A stretch of 64,000 nt of DNA from Gammaproteobacteria bacterium (GTDB taxonomy: Bacteria > Pseudomonadota > Gammaproteobacteria > Ga0077536): the NCBI GenBank assembly GCA_024235015.1, contig JACKNG010000003.1, forward strand, positions 280,397-344,396, written 5' to 3'. Under the pieces are notes generated by a model. It was not told where the DNA came from. It saw only the letters and a program-made list of their open reading frames with translations, and ran no database searches. The position numbers and the translations under genes were made by a program. Positions 53,006-62,191 of this stretch are shown piece after piece. Position 1 is the stretch's first letter. The number at the start of each line of letters is the position of its first letter.

Positions 53006-53607
53006 AGGCGGCGGCGGTCGCCGGCCTCGCCCTGCTGCTGGGCCTGGGCGTGGTGCCGGCGCAGGCCGGGCACGGCCTCATGAACGCCTTCAGCGACATC
53101 GCCTGGCTGCCCGACCCCGGACGTACCCCGGACCAGGCCGACTACCCGCTGGATGCGCTGGCCGAGCGCGCCCGCCTCGCCCTCGCCGACAGCGACGAAC
53201 GCCTCGCGCTCAGGCTCGACTACGCGCGCGAGAAGCTGGCCGAGGTCGAGGCGATGGTCGCGGCGGAAAAACCAGGGCCGGCGAACGTCGCCATCGACGC
53301 CTGGCTGGCCCACGTCGACGCCGCCATGGCCGAGATCGACGCCCTCGCGCCGGACGCCTCGGCGGCCGCCGCCGGGCGCCTCGCCAACGCGCTGCTCGAG
53401 CACCAGTACCTGATGTCGATCGGCTACCTCGACCTGCCGCGCGACACCCGCACCGTGATCGGCCGGGTCATGGCCGCGGCCCGCGCCCATTACGACACCC
53501 TCGTCGCCGGCCTGCCACAGGCTTTCAAGGACGCCCAGTTCTTCAAGGAGGAGGAGGTGCGCTGGTCGTGGGAAATGGCCACCCGCGGCGATGCCCAGGG
53601 CCTGTGA
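53002..53607 (+). CDS. secreted hypothetical protein
   Basis: ATGA overlap with the upstream lipoprotein gene; signal peptide MKAAAVAGLALLLGLGVVPAQA; Ala-rich helical. Confidence 0.4.
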   Translation: MKAAAVAGLALLLGLGVVPAQAGHGLMNAFSDIAWLPDPGRTPDQADYPLDALAERARLALADSDERLALRLDYAREKLAEVEAMVAAEKPGPANVAIDAWLAHVDAAMAEIDALAPDASAAAAGRLANALLEHQYLMSIGYLDLPRDTRTVIGRVMAAARAHYDTLVAGLPQAFKDAQFFKEEEVRWSWEMATRGDAQGL

Positions 53608-53886
53608 AGCCCGCCGTATCGACGCACCGCCGGGGCGATCCGCGGGCGGCCCCGCCCGGCGGGCGCACAGGTCGGCGGGCGCGGCGAGGGGCGAGCGGGA
53701 AGCGCGTTTCGTGCCAGCGGACGCGCCGCGCCGGGCGACGCGGAAGACAAGCGGCGGGCGGCACGGCCAGGTGTTCAGGCCGCCCCTGAAAATATTTTCC
53801 CGGCGACACCGCAGTCTCGATTAAAATCACGCCAGCGCGCGTGCCGCGCGCGGCCTTACACTCATTGCCCACCCGACGGAGATCCA

Positions 53887-55611
53887 GTGTCCGAAAAAGT
53901 CCTCACCGACGTCTGTTTCGAAAACTTCGCGTTACATCCCCAGTTGCTCAAGGGTCTGGAAGAAGCGGGTTTCGTCCGCTGCACCCCGATCCAGGCCATG
54001 ACCCTGCCTCTCACCCTCGAGGGCAAGGACGTCGCCGGCCAGGCCCAGACCGGCACCGGCAAGACTGCTGCCTTCCTGGTCGCGCTGTACAACCGCCTGC
54101 TGAACCGGGATGCCCTGCCGCAACGCCGGGCCGAGGATCCGCGTGCCGTGATCCTGGCACCGACCCGCGAACTGGCCGTCCAGATCGAAAAAGACGCCCA
54201 CCAGATCGGCGCCCATACCGGCCTGCGCCTGGCCCTCATCTACGGCGGCGTCGACTACGACAAGCAACGTGCGGCACTGGAAGCCGGCGTCGACCTGGTC
54301 ATCGCCACGCCGGGCCGCCTCATCGATTTCCTCAAGCAGGGCACGGTCAGCTTCCAGGCCATCGAGATGATGGTCCTCGACGAAGCCGACCGCATGTTCG
54401 AGCTCGGCTTCATCAAGGACATCCGCTACATCATCCGCCGCATGCCGGGGGCGAGCGAACGCCAGAACCTGCTGTTCTCGGCCACCCTCAGCCACCGCGT
54501 GCTGGAACTCGCCTACGAGCACATGAACGACCCGGAGAAGCTGGTCGTCGAGAGCGACAGCATCACCGCGGCCAACGTGCGCCAGGCGGTGTACTTCCCG
54601 GCGCGCGAGGAAAAGCTGCCGCTGCTGCTCGGCCTGCTGGCCAAGACCGAGACCGATCGCAGCATGGTCTTCGTCAACACGAAGGCTGCCTGCGAGCGCG
54701 TCGCCCTGACCCTCGAGCGCGCCGGTTACAAGGTCGGCGTGCTGTCCGGCGACGTGCCGCAGAAGAAACGCGAGAGCCTGCTCGGCCGCTTCGTGCGCGG
54801 TGAGCTCAACTTCCTCGTCGCCACCGACGTCGCCGCGCGCGGCCTGCACATCCCGGCGGTGAGCCACGTCTACAACTTCGACCTGCCGTTCGATGCCGAG
54901 GACTACGTCCACCGCATCGGCCGCACCGCCCGCCTCGGCGCCGAGGGTGATGCGATCAGCTTCGCCTGCGACGAGTACGCCATGAGCCTGCCCGACATCG
55001 AGGCCTACATCGAGCAGAAGATCCCGGTGGAATCGATCAACCCGGAACTGCTCGCGCCGCTGCCGCCGCGCCGCCCGCGCGGCGAGGGCGGCGAGAGCGT
55101 GGTCGAGGACGCCATGGCGGATGCGGCGGAGACGCGCCGCAAGCGGCGCGAACGCGACCGCCGTGACGGCGATCGTGGCGGCCGTTCGCATAGCGGTTCA
55201 CGCGGCGCCCCCCGTGGCGACGGCCGTCGCGAGGGCGGCGAACGCGGGCGCCGGCGCAGCGAAGGACCGCGCGAGGAACGTCCGCGCGAGCCGCGCGAAG
55301 CAGAGGCCCCGGCAGAAGCACCAGCGATGCCTGCCGCAGCTTCGCCACCACGAGCGGACGGCGACGGCCCGGCTGGCGAGGCGCCGCGCAAGCGCCGGCG
55401 CCGCGGACGTGGGCGCCGCCGCCCGCAGGGCGAGGACGCCGCCAGCGCGAACGGCGCGAACGGCGCGGCGCGCGCCGAGCACACGCCGGCGTCGACGGCA
55501 GCCGCGGCACCGGAGGCGACCGGCAAGCCGACGCCCAAGCTGTCGATGCGTATCAAGCAGTCCTTCCGCTCGCTGGCCAAGCGCTTCGGCTTTGCCGGTC
55601 GTCGCGGTTGA
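53887..55611 (+). CDS. rhlB: DEAD-box ATP-dependent RNA helicase RhlB-like with Arg-rich C-terminal tail
   Basis: Q-motif, Walker [13 protein letters not shown] (VLDEAD), SAT and HRIGRTAR motifs. C-terminal [17 protein letters not shown] low-complexity tail. GTG start after a GGAG RBS. Confidence 0.85.
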   Translation: MSEKVLTDVCFENFALHPQLLKGLEEAGFVRCTPIQAMTLPLTLEGKDVAGQAQTGTGKTAAFLVALYNRLLNRDALPQRRAEDPRAVILAPTRELAVQIEKDAHQIGAHTGLRLALIYGGVDYDKQRAALEAGVDLVIATPGRLIDFLKQGTVSFQAIEMMVLDEADRMFELGFIKDIRYIIRRMPGASERQNLLFSATLSHRVLELAYEHMNDPEKLVVESDSITAANVRQAVYFPAREEKLPLLLGLLAKTETDRSMVFVNTKAACERVALTLERAGYKVGVLSGDVPQKKRESLLGRFVRGELNFLVATDVAARGLHIPAVSHVYNFDLPFDAEDYVHRIGRTARLGAEGDAISFACDEYAMSLPDIEAYIEQKIPVESINPELLAPLPPRRPRGEGGESVVEDAMADAAETRRKRRERDRRDGDRGGRSHSGSRGAPRGDGRREGGERGRRRSEGPREERPREPREAEAPAEAPAMPAAASPPRADGDGPAGEAPRKRRRRGRGRRRPQGEDAASANGANGAARAEHTPASTAAAAPEATGKPTPKLSMRIKQSFRSLAKRFGFAGRRG

Positions 55612-55651
55612 GTGGAAGGGGTCCGCCCCGCTAGCACACAGGAGACCTGCC

Positions 55652-56104
55652 ATGGCCCTGCCCGAACCCGGCGCCACCGCGCCCGCTTTCACCCTGCCCA
55701 ACCAGGACGGTCGCGACGTCAGCCTCGGCGACTTCGCCGGCCGTCGCGTCCTGCTGTGGTGGTATCCCAAGGCCGACACCCCCGGCTGAACCATCGAAGG
55801 CAAGGGGTTCCGTGATCGAATCCCCGACTTCGCCGCCCACGACACCGTGGTGCTCGGCGTGAGCAGCGATGCACCGGCCGCCAACGCCGCGTTCCGCACC
55901 AAGTTCGACTTCCCCTACGACCTGCTGAGCGACGTCGACCTCGCCATGTCGACGGCCTACGGCGCGGCCGCCGCCGGCGCCGCGCGCGCCAGCCGCGTCT
56001 CGGTGCTGATCGGCGGCGACGGCCGCGTGCTGCGGAGCTACGCCGAGGTCAAGCCGGGCGACCATCCTGCCGAGGTGCTCGGCGACCTCGCCGGCCTCGA
56101 CTGA
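55652..56104 (+). CDS. Bcp/PrxQ-type peroxiredoxin selenoprotein candidate; in-frame TGA (Sec) at 55787-55789 replacing peroxidatic Cys
   Basis: ATG at 55652 with an AGGAG RBS 7 nt upstream. Translation [45 protein letters not shown]-[TGA][48 protein letters not shown]... aligns with the Bcp consensus ...YPKDDTPGCTKEACGFRD...VLGVSxD.... The TGA falls exactly at the catalytic Cys, and the downstream ORF 55847..56104 is in the same frame. Confidence 0.5.
55795..55832 (+). promoter_or_regulatory. candidate SECIS-like extended stem-loop downstream of UGA 55787
   Basis: An outer CGAAG/CUUCG stem encloses an inner GGGG(UU)/(AAU)CCCC stem, with an apical loop CCGUGAUCG containing GU. Starts 5 nt after the UGA. 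Imperfect. Confidence 0.25.
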
Positions 56105-56220
56105 GGCCCGCGCCGGGCGGCGTCGGCCGGGGTAAGGATCGCCGGCCTGCCGCCGCTAACCCCGGGAGCATCGACGCTCCGGGGTGGAGCGTGCGCGAGT
56201 GGAGGAGGAGAAGCAGCACC

Positions 56221-57012
56221 ATGGCGGGAGCAGCCGCGACAGTGACCCAGGCCGGCCTGGGCAATGAACCCGTATACGTCTTCGGCACCGACCTCGGTGG
56301 CCAGCACCAGGGCGAGAGCGCCGCGATGGCCGCCAAGGTGTTCGGCGCCGAAACCGGCAAGGCGAGCGGTGCGACCGGCCACGCCTATGCCATCCCCTTC
56401 CGCAACAGCGCCGGCGAACTGCTGCCCGCCGAAGTGATCAAGAACTACGTCGATTCCTTCTTCGCCCACGCCCAGGCCCACCCGCAGACCCTGTTCCACG
56501 TCGCGCGCTTCGCCTGCGAGGCCCAGGCGCACGACGACGCCACCCTGGCCCGGCTGTTCGCCAGGGCGCCGGCCAACTGCCTGCTACCGGGCCTGTGGAC
56601 GGCCCGCCTCAACGCGCAGCAGGCGGCGCGCCTGCTGGTCTTCGACGCCGGCGCCCATCTCAAGGACGCCGCCTGGCAACGGAACCTCAAGGGCTACCTC
56701 GACCTCAACGCGCCGTTGTGGAACGTCAAGGCCATCGAACTCGTCACGGTGGGCAGCGCACGCACCGTGGTCGCCAACGACGTCGCGGCCAAGGCGCTGG
56801 GCCTCAAGCACCGCGTGTTCGGCCAGAACGAGTCGGCCTACGGCCGCGAGGCGGCCCTGGTCGCCGAGCACAAGGCGATCTGGTATTGCACCCACCTGCT
56901 CAGCATTCTCGATTTCGAGCAGACCGCCCAGCCGCAGCAGGTGCGCATGCTCGGCGCCGCCGCGCGCAACGGCCTGGCCATCGATCAGTTGAGCAGCACG
57001 CAGGCCGGCTGA
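56221..57012 (+). CDS. protein with N-terminal A1S_2505-like domain (phage non-structural-protein family homolog) and C-terminal extension; hypothetical
   Basis: VYVFGTDLGGQHQGESAAMAAKVFGAETGKASGATGHAYAIPF resembles the FGSN..GRHGAGAA......GAE.G...G.TG.SYAIPTKD family signature. Confidence 0.4.
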   Translation: MAGAAATVTQAGLGNEPVYVFGTDLGGQHQGESAAMAAKVFGAETGKASGATGHAYAIPFRNSAGELLPAEVIKNYVDSFFAHAQAHPQTLFHVARFACEAQAHDDATLARLFARAPANCLLPGLWTARLNAQQAARLLVFDAGAHLKDAAWQRNLKGYLDLNAPLWNVKAIELVTVGSARTVVANDVAAKALGLKHRVFGQNESAYGREAALVAEHKAIWYCTHLLSILDFEQTAQPQQVRMLGAAARNGLAIDQLSSTQAG

Positions 57013-57082
57013 CGCCGGCCGGGCTCGCGTCGCCCCTGCCGTGGGCGGCATACTGGGCGCGGTCCAAGCCGCGTCTGCATCG

Positions 57083-58147
57083 ATGAAGACCGAAACCCTG
57101 TTGCCACTGGGCAAGCTCGATCCCGGCCTCGCCGTGCCCGACTCTCCGCTCGATCTCGCCAGCGTGCCGCGCGAAGCCGGCCTCGTCGATCGGCTCGGCT
57201 ACCACGGCCTGCTGATGGAAGAGACCAAGGACGACCCTTTCGCCGTCCTCGCCCTCGCCGCCACGGCGAGCAGCCGCGTCCAGCTCGGCACCTCGGTCGC
57301 CATCGCCTTCGCGCGCAGTCCCTACGTCACCGCGATGTCGGCGTGGACCCTGCAGAAGCTCTCCGGCGGGCGCTTCGAGCTCGGCCTCGGCTCGCAGGTC
57401 CGCGGTCACGTACGCCGCCGCTTCGGCATGGAATGGCATCCGCCGGGTCCATGGATGCGCGACTACGTGCGCGCGGTGCGCGCGATCTGGACGGCCTGGC
57501 AGCACGAGACCCGGCTCGAGTTCGACAGTGCGCACTACAAGCTCGATCTCTCGGTGCCGCTGTTCACCCCGGCACCGATCGAACATCCCGACATTCCCAT
57601 CCTGGTTGCCGCGGTCAATCCGTACATGGCCGGCGTCGCCGCCGCGGTCGCCGACGGTGTGCGCCTGCACCCGGTGTGTTCACCGCGCTACATCGCCGAG
57701 GTGATCCGCCCGGCGGTGGCGGCACGGCGTCCCACCGGACAGCGTTTCGAGCTGTGTCTGAAGCCGCTCATCGCCACCGCCGGTGACGCCGACACGCTGG
57801 CGCGGCGCACCGAGATCGCGCGCCAGCGCCTCGCTTTCTATGTCAGCACCCCGGCCTACCGCCTGCCGTTCGAGCGCGCCGGTCTCGGCGACCTCGCCGC
57901 CGAACTCGCGCAACTGTCGAAGCAGCAGCGCTGGAACGAGATGGCCAAGCGCATCGACGACGCCGTGCTGCACGAGTGGGTCGTCGTCGCGCCCTACGCG
58001 GATCTCGCCGCGACCCTCGTCGCCCGTTACGGCCAGCTCGTCGATCGCGTCGAAGTCAGCATTCCGCAGTCCACGCCTGGCGACCACGCGGTCCTGGCGG
58101 GCATCCTCGACGAACTCGCGCGCGCGCCCGCGGCCCCAGCCGCGTGA
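57083..58147 (+). CDS. LLM-class (luciferase-like) flavin/F420-dependent oxidoreductase
   Basis: TIM-barrel LLM family features (GYHGLLMEETKDDPFAVLA..., ELGLGSQVRGHVRRRFGMEW). Confidence 0.65.
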   Translation: MKTETLLPLGKLDPGLAVPDSPLDLASVPREAGLVDRLGYHGLLMEETKDDPFAVLALAATASSRVQLGTSVAIAFARSPYVTAMSAWTLQKLSGGRFELGLGSQVRGHVRRRFGMEWHPPGPWMRDYVRAVRAIWTAWQHETRLEFDSAHYKLDLSVPLFTPAPIEHPDIPILVAAVNPYMAGVAAAVADGVRLHPVCSPRYIAEVIRPAVAARRPTGQRFELCLKPLIATAGDADTLARRTEIARQRLAFYVSTPAYRLPFERAGLGDLAAELAQLSKQQRWNEMAKRIDDAVLHEWVVVAPYADLAATLVARYGQLVDRVEVSIPQSTPGDHAVLAGILDELARAPAAPAA

Positions 58148-58190
58148 CGCGCGTGTGCACCGCGTTCTATTTCCACAGTTCCTGACCGGT

Positions 58191-58219
58191 TTGATCTGGA
58201 TTAGAGCGCCCGGGATAAT
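58191..58219 (+). promoter_or_regulatory. sigma-70 promoter candidate for sodB (TTGATC-17nt-GATAAT)
   Basis: -35 at 58191-58196 and -10 at 58214-58219; about 66 nt upstream of the ATG at 58286. Confidence 0.4.
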
Positions 58220-58285
58220 GCGCCCACCTACCGGGCGCGCCGCATCGGGCGCAGTCCAGTCCGCTCATCAAACCAGGAGAAAGAC

Positions 58286-58876
58286 ATGGCCCATTCCGTG
58301 CAGCAATTGCCTTACGACCTCACGGCGCTCGAACCGCACATCTCGCGCGAGACGCTCGAGTTCCACCATGGCAAGCACTATGCCGGTTACGTCGCCAAGC
58401 TCAACGCCGCCATCGAGGGTAAGGACGAGGACAAGCTCAGCCTGCTCGACCTGGTCAAGAAAGGTCCGTCGACGGCGTACTTCAACAACGCCGCCCAGAC
58501 CTGGAACCACGAGTTCTATTTCAATGCCTTCAGCGCCAAGGGCGCACGCGAACCGTCCGGCGACCTGGCCAAGGCGATCAGCGCCAAGTTCGGCGATTTC
58601 GCCAAGTTCCGCGAGGCCTTCAATGCCCAGGCGACCGGCCTGTTCGGCTCCGGCTGGACCTGGCTCGTGCTCGACGGCAAGGGCGAACTCGCCATCGTCA
58701 ACACCGGCAATGCCGGCAACCCGGTCAACGACGGCATGACCCCGCTGATGACCTGCGACGTGTGGGAGCACGCCTACTACATCGACTACCGCAACCTGCG
58801 CCCCGACTACCTCAAGGGCTTCTGGGAAGTGCTCGACTGGAACGTCGTCGGCCAGCACTACGCCGCGGCGAAGTAG
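58286..58876 (+). CDS. sodB: Fe/Mn superoxide dismutase (Fe-SOD-like)
   Basis: LPYDLTALEPHISRETLEFHHGKHY and DVWEHAYYIDYRN signatures. Confidence 0.9.
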   Translation: MAHSVQQLPYDLTALEPHISRETLEFHHGKHYAGYVAKLNAAIEGKDEDKLSLLDLVKKGPSTAYFNNAAQTWNHEFYFNAFSAKGAREPSGDLAKAISAKFGDFAKFREAFNAQATGLFGSGWTWLVLDGKGELAIVNTGNAGNPVNDGMTPLMTCDVWEHAYYIDYRNLRPDYLKGFWEVLDWNVVGQHYAAAK

Positions 58877-59019
58877 GCCCACCGCCCCGCCCGGCCGGGT
58901 CCTTGCCCGGCCGGCGCCTGGCCCGGCGGCGTGCCTGCGCTGCCGCGCCCTGCATTCCCAGTGCACCGTCTGCCGCTGCTGGCCACCGCGCGCAGCCAGT
59001 GTCTCCAGGCTGACCGTCG

Positions 59020-59928
59020 ATGCCTGAAACCCGGGCCCGCAAGCGACTCCACACCCTGTTCGCCGGCCGACGCTCAGCGCGCGCCTACCTCGTGTTCACC
59101 GCCCAACTCGCCCTGCTCGCACTGCTCACGCCGATGCTGGTCAGCCTGGCGGTATTCGGCCTCACCGCCGTGCTCGGCGGGACTGCTGGCGCATCTACCG
59201 AAGCCGTCATCGGCACGCTCGTCACGCTCGCCTTCGGCGGCCTCGCCTTCGCCCAGCTACGCGCCACCGTGCAGCGCCTGCACGACGCCGGCCGCGATGC
59301 GCGCTGGCTGGCGCCGTTCGTGCTCGTCGCCACCGCGGCATTCGCCGCGCGGGGTCATCCCGCGGCCGTGCCATGGCTGCCCTATGCCTGGGCGCTGGTC
59401 GTACTGGGCTGGCTCGGCCTCGCCCTGTGGCCCGGCACCGCGGGCAGCAATCGCCACGGAGCACCGGTTCCGCTACCCGCGAACAAGCGTGGCACGGGCT
59501 GGCTCGTGGCGGCACTGTTGGTGGGCGGCCTGCTGGCTTTCACCGTCCCGGTCTTCCTGCAGCAAGAAGAACGACGTTATGCCGTGCAGGGCTACGAGTG
59601 GGCGGCCAAGCGGCGTCAGCACGTCGAGAACGTCTATCGCATCCAGGGACGTTTCCCGGCGAACAACGCCGAGGCCGGGCTGACCGCGCTCGGCGCCATG
59701 CACGGACGCTACGTGGCGGCAGTCGAGGTCGGCGCCGGCGGCGTACTGACGTTGCGCTACTCGGACGACCCGCGCCTCGGCGACGAGGCGGCCGGCCGCA
59801 CACTGCGGCTCACGCCGACAATCGAGGACCCGGGCGACGACCCCGCCACGGCCGTCATCAGCTGGCACTGCGGCGGCGGCGACCTGCCCCAGCGCCTGCG
59901 CGCGGCAGCCTGTCGCAACACGCCGTGA
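59020..59928 (+). CDS. fusion protein: N-terminal DUF805-like 4-TM membrane domain plus C-terminal type IV pilin-like globular domain (no prepilin leader)
   Basis: The N-terminal domain carries the conserved DUF805 motif LHDAGRDARW. The C-terminal region YEWAAKRRQHVENVYRIQGRFPANNAEAGL...VISWHCGGGDLPQRLRAAACRN resembles pilin C-terminal domains with a disulfide pair. Confidence 0.4.
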   Translation: MPETRARKRLHTLFAGRRSARAYLVFTAQLALLALLTPMLVSLAVFGLTAVLGGTAGASTEAVIGTLVTLAFGGLAFAQLRATVQRLHDAGRDARWLAPFVLVATAAFAARGHPAAVPWLPYAWALVVLGWLGLALWPGTAGSNRHGAPVPLPANKRGTGWLVAALLVGGLLAFTVPVFLQQEERRYAVQGYEWAAKRRQHVENVYRIQGRFPANNAEAGLTALGAMHGRYVAAVEVGAGGVLTLRYSDDPRLGDEAAGRTLRLTPTIEDPGDDPATAVISWHCGGGDLPQRLRAAACRNTP

Positions 59929-59950
59929 AGACCCGAGAAGGAAGGGCGCA

Positions 59951-59995
59951 GGACAGGGGAACGGAGGGTAACGGGAACGGGGGTGAGGGAACGGG
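59951..59995 (+). repeat. G-rich degenerate tandem repeat (GGGAACGG units), possible G-quadruplex-forming tract
   Basis: GGACAGGGGAACGGAGGGTAACGGGAACGGGGGTGAGGGAACGGGGAC has six G-runs of at least 3. Confidence 0.4.
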
Positions 59996-60059
59996 GACAG
60001 TGTACTTTTAGCCGGGCGCTGGCCGCGGCTACACTTCGCACGAAAAGTATACTGTCCCC
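59993..60059. repeat. GGGGACAG-family hairpin repeat, copy 2, between convergent genes (putative bidirectional terminator / REP-like element)
   Basis: GGGGACAGTGTACTTTT (59993-60009) pairs with AAAAGTATACTGTCCCC (60043-60059), 16/17 matching with a 33-nt loop. Confidence 0.55.
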
Positions 60060-60121
60060 GTTGCTGGCGCGTTCCCGGCGCGCTGCGCGGTGCAGGCAGA
60101 AGGCCATTCGCGGCCGCCGCC

Positions 60122-61327
60122 TCACGCCACCTCGACCCCCACCACCAGCGCCATCGCCGTATCACCTGCCGCGCAGCCCGAAAACAAGCCACGACCGCCG
60201 CCGCGCAAGGCCAGTTCCTCGATCAACTCGATGATCGCGCGGGTGCCGGTCGGCGCCTGTGGATGGCCCCAGATCAGCGAGCAGCCGTAGTTGTTCATGC
60301 GCTCCCACGGGAAGCCGGTGGCGCGCGCGAAGACGATGTCGTTGACCGCGAAGGGGTTGTGCGTCTTGACCGCCTCGATGTCGGCGATGGCGAGCCCGGC
60401 CTGGGCCAGCGCCACCGACGCCGCCGGCACCACCGCCTCGGGCATGTAGGCGGGCGCTACCCGCGCCTGGCCGAAGCCGAGCAGGCGTACGCGTACGTTG
60501 GCATCGATACTCAGCTCGGCGGCACGTGCCGGCGTCGTCACCACCAGCCCGGCGTTGCCGTCGGCCGGGTGGGTCTGGGCGGCGAAAGTCACGGTGCCGT
60601 CCGGCAAGACCGGGCGCAGGCGCGCCAACGCCTCGCCCGAAGTCGGCGTGACGCCGACATCGCCAGCGATGATCGTGGCGGTCTTGTCGAACCGCGGCCG
60701 CGGCACCTCGAACGGCAGGCGCATGTAGCGCTTCTGGAAAGCCCGGTCGTCGGCCAGCGCATCCTGGTACTGCGCGTAACGCCGCAGCACCACCTCGTGC
60801 TGCAACTCGGTCGGGATGGCGTGTTTCGCGGCGACGTTCTCGGCCGTCGTGATCATGGCGTGGCCGCCGTTGGGATCGCAGCTGAAATTGTCCAGCACCC
60901 AGTTCTCGCTGCTGCCGGTGCCACCCATGCCGGCCGGCTCGGGGTAGTAGAGGTGCGCACCGTTGGAGGTCCGGTCGGCGGTGACGACCAGTGCCGTCGT
61001 CGCCAGGCCGAGCGCGAGTTCGCCCGCGGCGGCCGCGATCGCGCGCACCCCGGTCGCGCAGGCCTGGGCCACGCTCGGCCCCGCGATGCCGCCCATGCCG
61101 GCGAGGGACATCAGCCACGGCGCGCCGTAGAAACAGTGCGGCTGCGGAATGGTGCTACCGAGCACGGCGAAATCGAAGACCTCGCCCGGAATACCGCGCT
61201 GCGCCAGCGCGTCTTGCGCAACGTGCGCCGCGAACTTCAATGCATGCAGATGCTGGAAATCCGTCTGCCACTTGCAGAACGGCGTCGACCACCACGCGCC
61301 GTAGGGAATCTCCGCTGGCCCGTTCAT
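60122..61327 (-). CDS. thiolase-family acetyl-CoA C-acyltransferase
   Basis: Thiolase fold with a C-terminal ...GCAAGDTAMALVVGVEV active-site Cys region and an N-terminal catalytic Cys region. Confidence 0.75.
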   Translation of the reverse strand: MNGPAEIPYGAWWSTPFCKWQTDFQHLHALKFAAHVAQDALAQRGIPGEVFDFAVLGSTIPQPHCFYGAPWLMSLAGMGGIAGPSVAQACATGVRAIAAAAGELALGLATTALVVTADRTSNGAHLYYPEPAGMGGTGSSENWVLDNFSCDPNGGHAMITTAENVAAKHAIPTELQHEVVLRRYAQYQDALADDRAFQKRYMRLPFEVPRPRFDKTATIIAGDVGVTPTSGEALARLRPVLPDGTVTFAAQTHPADGNAGLVVTTPARAAELSIDANVRVRLLGFGQARVAPAYMPEAVVPAASVALAQAGLAIADIEAVKTHNPFAVNDIVFARATGFPWERMNNYGCSLIWGHPQAPTGTRAIIELIEELALRGGGRGLFSGCAAGDTAMALVVGVEVA

Positions 61328-61619
61328 TTCGTTGTCCCTCCCCTTGCATCAGCCGGTCGGCATGTTGCGCGTCGTCGCCACCGACCGGGCGCCGAGTATC
61401 GCACGCCGGCGGCCACGGCCGCGGCCCCACGGGCGATGACCTTTTCGCATACCCGGTGTGATCGGTTTCGCACTGCGATTACCGCACGCGGTGAAGGCGT
61501 TCACAGCTAGCGGGGGAACTCGGCAGCGTTCCGGGCGGGCGTGAACTTCGTCCGGCGCCGACCCGCGGCCCTCTGCTTCCCTTGTCGGCGTGTAGGACAA
61601 ACACAGCGAGGGTAACGCC

Positions 61620-62153
61620 ATGAATCCCGAAGAACGCACCCAACCGAATCCCAACGATCCGACGCGCACCGGGGCGCCCGCGCGGCGCACCACGACCGTG
61701 GTCGCCCTGGTCAGCGGTACCGTGATCGGCCTGCTGGCCGCCGGCGGCATCACCTGGGCGGCGCTCTACGACGGTGTGGAAGACAAGGGGCCGGGTGACG
61801 CGACCGCCGACGCCGCCGCGGCGCCGCCGAGCGCGCCCGCCCCGGCCGCATCGCCGCCGGCCGCCAGCACGCCGCCGCAGCCGCCACGCGAGAACTGCGC
61901 CGTCTACCTCGCCGACGCGCGGCGCGACAACGGCCGCGTGCTCAAGAACGGCGCGGTCGGCGCCATGGTCGGGGCGGGTACCGGCGCCGCCGGCGGCGCC
62001 ATCGCCGACGGTGGCGACGGCGCCGGCAAGGGCGCGGGGATCGGTGCCGTGGTCGGCGCCGTGGCCGGCACCCTGCACGGCCTGACCGGCGAGAAGGAGC
62101 GGGTCAGCGCGGCCGAACGCGCCTACCGCGACTGCCTCGCGCGCAACGACTGA
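61620..62153 (+). CDS. glycine-zipper membrane protein with Pro/Ala-rich linker (hypothetical)
   Basis: TM anchor, an [24 protein letters not shown] linker, and a GAVGAMVGAGTGAAGGAIADGG glycine-zipper segment. Confidence 0.4.
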   Translation: MNPEERTQPNPNDPTRTGAPARRTTTVVALVSGTVIGLLAAGGITWAALYDGVEDKGPGDATADAAAAPPSAPAPAASPPAASTPPQPPRENCAVYLADARRDNGRVLKNGAVGAMVGAGTGAAGGAIADGGDGAGKGAGIGAVVGAVAGTLHGLTGEKERVSAAERAYRDCLARND

Positions 62154-62191
62154 CGCGCGGCCACCCCCACTCACGTCCAGGGAGAATCATC

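Noticed and set aside
55847-56104. Independent 85-aa ORF
   Set aside because: It is the in-frame C-terminal half of a Bcp-type peroxiredoxin whose N-terminal half (55652-55786) ends at a TGA occupying the catalytic Cys codon.
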